NCBI RefSeq assembly: GCF_036321535.1
Contig: NC_087437.1
Span: 48,424,001-48,488,000, forward strand
Source: Camelus dromedarius
Lineage: Eukaryota
DNA length: 64,000 bases
Direction: 5' to 3'
Below are positions 54,803 through 64,000 of this stretch, piece by piece; position 1 is the stretch's first letter; each line of letters begins with the position of its first letter. The notes under the pieces were generated by a model. That model did no database searches, was not told the DNA's origin, and saw only the letters and a list, made by a program, of their open reading frames with translations. The position numbers were made by a program, and so were the translations under genes.

Positions 54803-54861
54803 CTAAAGAAAGCTCGACTGATAGATCAGTGATAGGCGAAAGTACAAATGAAAGATGATCC
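54803..54861 (-). pseudogene. Candidate exon 1, 59 nt, DHLSFVLSPITDLSVELSL(G)
   Basis: Strong acceptor ttttttaaacactgtcttctcag|G, consensus donor TAG|gtaagt, one open frame, two CpGs retained in CpG-poor DNA. Confidence 0.5.
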
Positions 54862-56069
54862 CTGAGAAGACAGTGTTTAAAAAAATGTATCATTCTCTCA
54901 GCCACATAAATGTCTATTATCATCCTGGATTATTTCAACAAACAGTACATAATCCCACCTTTGTCCCATAATAAATTCATTCTGCTGACTTTAAAACTCA
55001 ATGGTCCTTTAAGCACCTACACCTTCTCAACTCCAACTTCCCTATTTACCACTGTGAATCCATTATCACTCAGAGTTTCTACAAATTAATAATCCCTACA
55101 TCAAAATTTCTCTTTCTGATCACCTCTCCTTCTACAAATCCCCACTGACTCATTCTGCTGAGTCACTTTTTACACAAATTTAACACTGCAACCTCTAAAT
55201 CCTTAGCCCCCCCCCCAAATTCTTCCAAGCCTTCTGAAGTGAGGAGGAGGTTTGGATGTGGTCACTTCTCTCCCATGCAGATGCTTTATATACAAACCAA
55301 AACTAATCATCTTTCAACACAAACCTGCTATTCCTTTGATTTCCCCTATCCTTATAAATTACTAGAAGCTTGCTATATGCCAGGGGTAGATTGAGCACTG
55401 CAGGTAGAGCAATGTCATCAGTCAGGGTAAGCTATCTGATACAACAAAAAAGCCCAATTTCAGTAGTACTAAGAACTGCACAGCTTACTACTTTAAAAAA
55501 TCACCACTGTTTCTAGTTAAGAAAATCTACAAAAGGACCCTCTGAACTTTTGTTCATTCATTCATTCTACTATTTATTAAAAACATACATTGAAAGCCTA
55601 ATATACACAAAGGATGAAAATATAGAACAAAGCTACTTCCTCTAAGAAATTGATAATCTGGCATTTGTTCACCAAAAATGTATTGTGCCATGAATTATGC
55701 TAGGAATTTAGGAATATAATAGCTGATAAAACATGACAGCTGATCTCAAATACTTCATTGCTAATGCAAAAAATATTTAAGTGAATAACTGGAATGCAAT
55801 TCTATTAATATAGAATGAATGTACAAATGAAATAAGGAGAAAGTGGGCAATGCATGGTGAGCTGGACTTTTGCTCTATAATTAGAAGAGTTTGGAATGTT
55901 AAAGAAACTTTTTTTTTTTTGTAATCCTAACCATAAAAAAACTTTTAAGTAAAATTAAAAGGTAAAACTATTTCATAGTCCTTCATTCTTTACTTTTCAT
56001 AAATGAGATGGTTAAGCTACAGATCTGTCTCCATCCTGCAAAAAAGGAGGAAATGTGAATTCTGCAACG

Positions 56070-56240
56070 GTTGTCAGAGGGTAAGAATCAGGAAGCCCAG
56101 GACCCCAGGTCTGGCTTGGCCAGGTTTAATCAACGTGTGTTCTGGGCAAAGCTGTTTAAAACTTTAATTTCTGGGCTGAAAAAACAAGGGAGTTAGACTA
56201 AGTGATGTCTAAGGTGTTTTCCATTTCCAGTATTTTCTGA
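56070..56240 (+). mobile_element. MIR/MIR3 fragment
   Basis: ctgggcaaagctgtttaaa...gggagttagactaagtgatgtctaaggt...ttccagtattttctgactc. Confidence 0.6.
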
Positions 56241-58898
56241 CTCAGCTCCTAACAGATTGTCTTAGTGTCGGGGAGGGGTTAGCTACAGGAAGGTTTATGT
56301 GTCCTATTACATCAGTCTTACATCAAAATAAAGGCTTTATAAGTTGTGCATAAAAGATGAAGTTATGTACATCTCTATGAACAAATGGTCTATTTCATAA
56401 GCTTATTCATCTGATGAAAGAGTTCTATAATCTGCTTTGCTGAGGTTCTTTATGCAGAGTTAGAGCTGCTGGGTAAAGTAGAAATCCCTGTGTGTAGTAA
56501 TTCTTTGGTATAAATTATGTATTAGAAAAAATTTTTAATTTACTCTATGATCAAAGGCCAAAAATATCAAATTCAAGTTCAACAATATTACTGCTTTCTG
56601 GCATGACTGATCACAAATCATAGGTAATTTTATGAATCAGTTTGGACTTCAAATCAAAAGAACTTTTGACTGACTGTCCCCACAAATCAGTGTTTAAGAT
56701 TTACATTCCAACTGATTGTATATTCCATTTATATTCTGATGGAGGCTCAGGTTTATTTCAGATATAGACATTCTACTCTGATAAAGGAATCATCTGATCG
56801 TGATAGTCTAATAAAAAGAGTGAAAGCCTCACTTAGTCCCTTTCCCAAGCTCTTATTTCCCATTTTACTTAACTTATTCCTTTGGGAAACCAGATTTTAA
56901 AATATATTACTACTCTGACCTTTTCCCAACAAACTAAATTGTCAACTATTTCTGTAAGATATATTTATAGAAATGTTTATAAACAAAACTAATGAACCAG
57001 AAAAAAACAAGTTGCTAATAAATTCTATGTTTAATGATGAGACACAAAAACACATGAAACTGTAAAAAAGAAAAAAGAAAAAAGCACTGGCATTTATCTA
57101 GTTTCCCTAATTTAACTTATATTTTAAATAAAGACATATAATACCATAATTTACCAACTGGACTAAAAGAAGACACCTAAGTTCTTGTCCTAATAATGTC
57201 CCAAATCTAATGATTACAGAGAGAGTTTCACTATCCGCCTTTTACAGTCTTTCAAAACACTGTCCATAGAGGCATATATAAGTACATTAGTTTTAAGTGA
57301 CTGATTGATTTAATTCCAAATTAAATTTTTCATGAATGATTTTCATGAATATGCTGAATAGCCCAGTAGATGAGATCCATATTTCTTACTTTAACATGGT
57401 CAGCTTCAAAAGGATGTGCTTGGCAATGCAGAGAAAATTGCTTTAGACAAGGTATAGTACCAAGGGCAAAAGAAGGTGAAATATGGAAAAATTAAGTGGA
57501 ATTTTTAACCAAAGGAAATATAAAAACTGAAGTGGCTAAGACTTTAAATTAACTAACAGTTCCCTTCTGTATTACTCCTATCCCTTGACTTCCCACCCCC
57601 ACCCCAGTTCAGTAGCAACAGCACTCATTGTCTCAAGAAGAAGAAAAAGAATATTTATTTTTGGCTTTTGAATTTCAAAAACTTGGAATCAGAGGACAAA
57701 AGGAAAGAAGTATGATGAAACAATCCATAGGAATCCCAGTAAAGCTAAAAGATTTAAAAATTAGCTAGAAAATAAATAATAATAATAAATAAATAATAAA
57801 AATAAGGATTCATAGGATGGAAGAGATCAGAGGGGAGAGACCCTGCCTAACACAGAGGCCCAGGTGTGTTTGGGTGAGTCTTTGCTCCAGTTCCTGGGTG
57901 AGGCCTAAGGAAGCAGCAAAACTCTAAGGTTCCCACGTGTCCTGTGGTGGACGTGCAGAAGAGATGGCTGTATGAGGGAGGTGGGCAGTCTTCAGATGGT
58001 GTCTTAGATGTCCCCATGACACTACAGGGCTCAGGAGTGTAGAATGTTTCCTGTGTTCCCGAGAGCAGTACAGAAATCGCTCAGGGAGCCAGCAGCTTGG
58101 TAAAGGGTAAGAAGGGACCCAGAAGTTACCAGCAGGACCAAAGAGGAACGAGATCGTTCTATCAAATGTTGATGTGGGCACCTGACACTATAAAGGGCCA
58201 GATGTGGTTTCCCAATGACTGGGCCCTATGAAAGTGTCCCAGAATTTATATTCAGTGCCAGATAAAGGCAGTTACTGAGAAGGAATGCCACAGTGACTGA
58301 AATTATGGTTCTACCTTTCCATTAAATTGATTCTCAAATTAGAAATTTGAAATCTTATAGAAAAATAAAATTAATATTCTTGTACAACTTTGTTTTCTTG
58401 GACTGAGAGGTACCAGATAAATGGGATCAACACTGGCTGATTCTAACTTAGGTCATGCATTGGCTTCAGACAAGAGCCTAAGTGGGGAGCACATGCACTG
58501 ATCTGAGACATGAGGACAACTGATGACTTCCCTCCCATGAGATTGGAGCAGGGGAGTGAAGGGGAGGAGCCACAGTGATCTAATGTAATTCCTAGCTCTT
58601 CCTGGGACTTGCTCTCAGAGCTCCTACGCATGTACTCCTGTGTGCCTCTGGCTGGGCTACAGCCAAATTTGAGCTTAAGCATTTTACAGGCATTGTCTGT
58701 TTCCTCACTGCAACCTGTTTCTCATTGAGAGGGTAGAAGTAAGGAAATGGAGGCTTAGAATGTTACATATTCAAGTTCACACCATTACCAAGTGAAGATC
58801 TGAATCTGAGTCTCCCTGGCTCTGAAGCCTACGCTATTTCTAACCCCCAAGTTGACTCCATCGCAGGAAGTAGAGTCAATTTTCAAGGAAATATAACT

Positions 58899-58914
58899 GG
58901 GGGGGGGGGGGGGG
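58899..58914. repeat. G16 homopolymer
   Basis: Directly visible. Confidence 0.95.
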
Positions 58915-59279
58915 AATACTAGCACTAGATTTCAGGAGATTAGATTTTTCTACAAGGACGTGTAAAAGGGGACTTTTGACTTTGTGGGTAGGATGAAGCC
59001 AGGGAAGGATTTTTTCCTATTTACTCACTCAGCCAACAATTATTTTTGAGTACCTATGATACACAAAGTACTATACGCCAAACAGGGTTACAACGGTAAG
59101 TCCCCACTGCAGAAGGCACTCAAAGGCCAGACCCCGACTCAAGGTACATCCTGAGGACCACGCCCGTCCCTCCTTCTTTCACTGCTCTACTCTGGAGACC
59201 AGAATAGCTTTACAGCATCTGGAGCAACAGGCAGGGAGAACAGGGAGCACACACACTGATCTGAGGAATGAGGACAGTT

Positions 59280-59725
59280 GATGACGTCCCTCCTAACTCA
59301 TTTCCGTACCTCTAGCCTCTCCCCTTCTCCCATCCATTCTTTCCTCTTTCTGCCAGGAAATACCGTTTCTAATACACATATTTTACGAGTCAAAGTATAC
59401 CACTTAACTACACCACTTGCTTGCCAGATCCCATATGATGAAGTTTACAGTCTTCAGCATGAGATCAAGGCCCTTCAGTATCTCTCCTGCCCTCCCTCCT
59501 CCAATCTGTCCTGTTTTTCTGATACGCTGCACAACTCTTAACTCTTTGCGCAAGCTGTTCTCATAGTCTAAATGCCCTTCCCAACCTCCTATTCTGTGCA
59601 TTCCTCAAATGTCCTCAAATTCTAACTCCTCTAGGAAATCTTTCTGCTTGTGAAATCAATAATTCCTCCCTCTGATTCCACATAGCAATTCCTACACATT
59701 TCTACAAAAGCACTTACCTCATCAG
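59280..59725 (+). mobile_element. L2 fragment
   Basis: ccatccattctttcc...cttcagcatgagatcaaggccctt...gctgttctcatagtctaaatgccctt...agcacttacc. Confidence 0.65.
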
Positions 59726-60398
59726 TTATGTCAAATGGGCAATACTGATCAGAGGGAGAATTCAGAGGGGAAAAAAATCCATGAGAGTGGAGGAGGTAAA
59801 AGCATTAGAGTTAGTTAGAAGAAATGGAATGTGTAAAGTCAGTGAATTCAGAGGAACACGTATAGGTCAGCAAGATCTTGTGAAAGAATAAATTAAAAAT
59901 AAAAAAGAGGGAGAAGCTGAAGAACACTTAACAAATGCATGACCAGAAAATGAAGGTGCCCCAAGAACACTTTTAAACCCCATGGAGCAGCTGGGGCTGA
60001 AATTCTCAAGGTCCACATTTAGTTTTCTTGGTAACAGAGATCTGCGCCATGCCACTAGCATTATGATGGGCAAAACCACACGCAAGTAAATTTATAACGA
60101 GAGGTGGCACTATACATAGTCTAGTTATTATCACCTTTTGACAAAGGTCTGGAGAGAGGTTTGGAGGCTTTTGTGCCAAAAACAATGATTAGACCCTAAA
60201 GGATGAATTTTGGATCATGTATTATAGTAGAGCTCATTTCAGTCTGCAAGCTCAAGATATTTTCTGGGAACAGGGCATATCTATTGTTTCTCCATGTGCT
60301 TTGCTGATGTGGATAGTAAGTCAAGTATTTCTTCCATTCCATGATGTCTCATCTATTCTACTCGTCAGCCCTACTGATGGAAAAAACTTTAAACTAGA

Positions 60399-60499
60399 TT
60401 TTTTAAATTGACATATATTCAATTTACTGTGTTAATTTCTGGTGTACAACATAGTGATTTAAATAATATATATACATATATATTCCTTTTTATATTCAG
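60399..60499 (-). mobile_element. Very short young L1 3' tip
   Basis: ttttttaaattgacatatattcaatttactgtgttaatttctggtgtacaacatagtgatt, the reverse complement of the L1 end seen at about 62480-62540. Confidence 0.75.
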
Positions 60500-61906
60500 C
60501 AGCTGATGCAAACCTTGCATCTGGATCACTGGACTGTCCTAATCAAGGACATCAAAATGAGAAGGTGGCTAAAGAGAGTGAGACAACTCATAAGATGGCT
60601 TGCCTCTCTGACAAGGGAATATAGAAGAAATCTCTAAGAATTGTCAGCAATAAAAGGCTAAAAAACAAGGGAAACTGAATGAATGCCAAAAGGTTTAAGA
60701 GGTGAGAGTGGGGCAATGCTGTGCTTTTATTGATCCTCTCAGAAGAAACAGCCTAAAAAAAAAAAAAATGTTGGTTCCAAGTAAAGTGTTTTAAAGTAAA
60801 AAGTTTTGAAACTCTTAAGTACAATGCTAATTATAAGACAAAGCCTTAAGCTCTAAAGAAAAAAAAAAAAACTTTTTTTTTTTTAAATGTGGTAGTTCAA
60901 ATCTTTCTCCTTGCAAATAACAAACTCTAGCCTTTGAGACTATGAATGTACAAAAGAGAGCCAACTGGTTTCAAATTAATCTTCAGGGATTCATTACTTT
61001 GAAATGGGAACAACATATCCATTAGCAAAACTACAGTGATGTATTTCTGAAACCTCTTTGTAAAACAAACCAGGTAGAAAGATTCGAATTTGGGATACGC
61101 TTGTAAGAATTTTTAAGGCTACGTTTTTGTTTTTGTTTTTGGTTTTGGTTTTGGTTTTTAACTTTCAGGACGGACCTTTGTTCCCAATTATACTGAACTG
61201 AAATGATCTTGAAACAACGGCTCTGTTGGTCTCATGTTACAAATCGACTTATATTTTATATCACTTTTATGTGTGTTAGGCTTAAGCTTGTTTTTAGAAA
61301 GGTGATATTAAATAAGAGTACAAAAATGGGTAAAGGTAGAAAATCTTCCTATAACACAGAAATGCATGGCATTATATGTTTAACAATGGTTATCCAACAA
61401 TTATTCTTTAAGGCTGAAGTTTGGGGAGATAATTCTTTGAAGATTATTTTGTATCTTGGTTTGAAGCTATGGGATCTGTGACTTCTAAATGAAAAGAAGT
61501 GCTGGCCAGCCCTCCCAAAATCTCTAATAAAGTATGCTTTTTAAGAGATATATAACTACAAATTGGAAAGGCTATTTGAAAAATTTAAACTTTTAAAATA
61601 TTAAAGCCTTTACAATTAAAGCTAAAGAATGTAAAGATGGCAGAAATGTGTATTACACCAAAATTAGATAAATTAGATTTTATTTTAATTTGAGGATTTC
61701 TTTAGCTGATCTTCCAACTGAATAGATGTGTCTTTTTTTGAAGGGAGGGAAAAAGATTAATTTGTATGGATTTAATTTTTAAAGGCAGTAATATATGTTA
61801 TACAACTAACTTTTATAGCTAACTTAACTAGTACAAACTTGATAATGTTCTACTACACTCTCCAACAATTTTGAATACAGAGTACTCAATATAAAGTAAT
61901 ATTTTT

Positions 61907-62541
61907 CAGAGGGAACTCAAATTAGAAAAGATACATGCACCCCAAAGTTCATAGCAGCACTATATTCAATAGCCAAGACATAGAAACAACTTAAATGTCC
62001 ATCAACAGAGGACTGGATAAAGAAGGTGTGGTATATTTATACAATGGAGTATTACTCAGCCATAAAAAAGAATAAAATAATGTCATTTGCAGCAACATGG
62101 ACAGACCTGGAGATCATCATTCTAAGTGAAGTAAGCCAAAAAGAGAAAGAAAAATACCATATGCTATCACTCTTCTGTGGAATCTAAAAAACAAAACGAA
62201 CAAACAAACAAAAAAGAAGATACTGATGAACTTTTCTACAAAACAGAAACAGACTCACAGACATAGTAAACAAGCTTATGGTTACCGGGAGAATGGGGGT
62301 GAGAAGGGATAAATTGAGAGTTCAAGATTTACAAATACTAACTACGATACCTAAAATAGATGAAAAAAAAATTTCTTATGCATAACACAGGAAACTATAT
62401 TCAATATCATGTAGTAACCTATAATGAAAAAGAATATTAAAATGAATATATATAATATATATATGTGTGTGTATATCACTGAAACATTATGCTGTACACC
62501 AGAAATTGATATATTGTAACTGAATATACTTCAATTTTTAA
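61907..62541 (+). mobile_element. 5'-truncated young cetartiodactyl-type L1 3' end
   Basis: Perfect 14-bp TSD aaagtaatattttt (61893-61906 and 62542-62555); colinear with about 26943-27545. Confidence 0.93.
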
Positions 62542-63326
62542 AAAGTAATATTTTTGGTCAGGGTTGCTTGTAATCAATTAATCCTGGTCTCTAGAAAGAA
62601 AAGAGGGGGCAATATAATAGAAAATTACACTCAAGTATAATGATTGGATTCTTTCCAACCTGGAAGTGAGATTAACACAAACAATAATACAACTACCACC
62701 ATGGTGCTATGAGATTTGACTTAGACTGACATGGAAGCTCACTCTGCATTGTCCAGAAACCTTAGTGAGGACCTCAGATTCCTGTATTCTTCCAGTGGGA
62801 TGGGTTGTGCCTGCACTCAACTCTCCAAACTTGTGACTCCCTTCCCTCAAGCAGAAGGGTCTGAAACTTACCACCCGCTGTAAGCTCTCTGGGTCTAGGG
62901 CAGTCAAACTCACAGAAATCTCCTGAAAATAACTAAATTCAGGCTGCCTGGCATCCCAGATCTGCACCTCCTCCACCCTACTCTCAACTGAGAAGATTGC
63001 TTTCATGCTTTTCCTCCAAGGAGGAAGTCTTCCTAGCCTAGAATGTTACCTTCCTACATTGTGCCCCTGGCCTCAGCTTGCTTTTCTAGATAGGGGTCTG
63101 TGTGCTCCTTCACACTGGCTCTTGGGTCCTAAATTTCCCAGTAAACCTTTTCCTTAACCTATACCAAGTGATGTTAAAAATTTGACGTTAGCTACCTTGT
63201 ATAACAATCTTCTAAGGACATTCTGTACACAAAGAACGATGGCAGTCTGTGGTGAAAGGTTTATATAATAACCCTACTGGCATGGAAAGAATATAGATTA
63301 TTCCTCTGCCATCATCTGCACAACTA

Positions 63327-64000
63327 CAGTCGCTCCTCATTATTCACAAATTCCATACCTGCAAATTCACCTACTCATTAAAATTTATTTGCAGCCTCAA
63401 AATCAATGCTCAGATTCTCTCATGGTCATTCATGAACATGCACAGAATAGAGAATAATTTTCCCAGCTGAGGTCATACAAGGAAACATTTACCTTCCTGT
63501 CTCCTTGTCTCCTCTAATACTATAAACAACTGTCCTTTTTTGTGGTCTATTTAGCGCCATGTTTTTTGCATCTTTGAGCTTTTTCTTCATGATTCTGCTG
63601 TATAAAATGGCCCCCAAGCATAGTGCTGAAATGCTACCTAGTGTTCTGAAGTGTGAAAAGGCTGTGACGTGCCTTATGAAGAAAATACATGTTAAATAAG
63701 CTTCCATCAGCTGGGAGTTATAGTGCTGTTGGCCAAGAGTTCAATGCTAATGAATCAATAAAATGACACATCTAGAAAAAAAAATAGGAAATTTACTGAT
63801 CTGTACACGAAGCCATCCTGGAAGTGCTAAAGTAACATCTATAGTGTGTGACGGAGCTGTGGATAAGATGGAAAAATGGCTAAGTCTGTCAATTTATCAG
63901 ATGACAATCAATTTAAAAAGCACAGCAGACAGTACTGTTGTGAGGCTGAAAGTCAAAGAAATTTATGGTTATGTTATCTCGGGTAAGGAAAATGTTAAAC
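63327..64000 (+). mobile_element. Tigger6/MER82-family TcMar transposon 5' end with dead transposase, running off the window
   Basis: TA then cagtcgctcctcattattcac TIR; ATG at 63607 gives MAPKHSAEMLPSVLKCEKAVTCL followed by a stop. Confidence 0.85.

Noticed and set aside
57560..58430. Possible ancient LTR-like sequence (also about 36030-36390 and 62705-63165)
   Set aside because: Repeat-like composition, but I could not place ends, TSDs or family.
59718..59744. 27-nt minus-strand exon candidate with GAG|gtaagt (YCPFDITDE)
   Set aside because: The donor is the usual agcacttac word of the L2 it overlaps, and the phase needed to join exon 54861 contains a stop.
1..64000. CRISPR arrays, operons, rRNA/tRNA, CpG-island promoter
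   Set aside because: Mammalian DNA; no repeat-spacer array, structural RNA signature or CpG island seen.

Overview
AT-rich, CpG-poor placental mammal genomic DNA, read by eye without database searches. It is not prokaryotic, and I saw no CRISPR array, rRNA, tRNA or CpG island. Much of the window is transposon-derived: MIR, L2, old L1M, ERVL/MaLR solo LTRs, hAT and Tigger fossils, plus younger cetartiodactyl-type L1 copies. I saw no Alu, Bov-A/tA, BovB, PRE1, CHR or SINEC copies, so a camelid is the best guess (inference). No intact protein-coding gene is recognisable, and almost all track ORFs are chance or L1 debris. The main unexplained structure is a series of well-formed minus-strand exon candidates (54803-54861, 45971-46031, 40901-41183, 32349-32378, possibly 4113-4143). 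They splice into a protein-like frame of about 150 codons broken by two stops and one frameshift, so this may be a disabled gene or a spliced lncRNA; I cannot name it. Also notable: a TSD-flanked chimeric retro-insert (young L1 fused to an ancient L1 3' end), an L1 nested in an L1, an L1 with an in-frame deletion removing the RT domain, and a few enhancer-like motif clusters. Repeat family names come from my recollection of consensus sequences and need RepeatMasker/Dfam confirmation.
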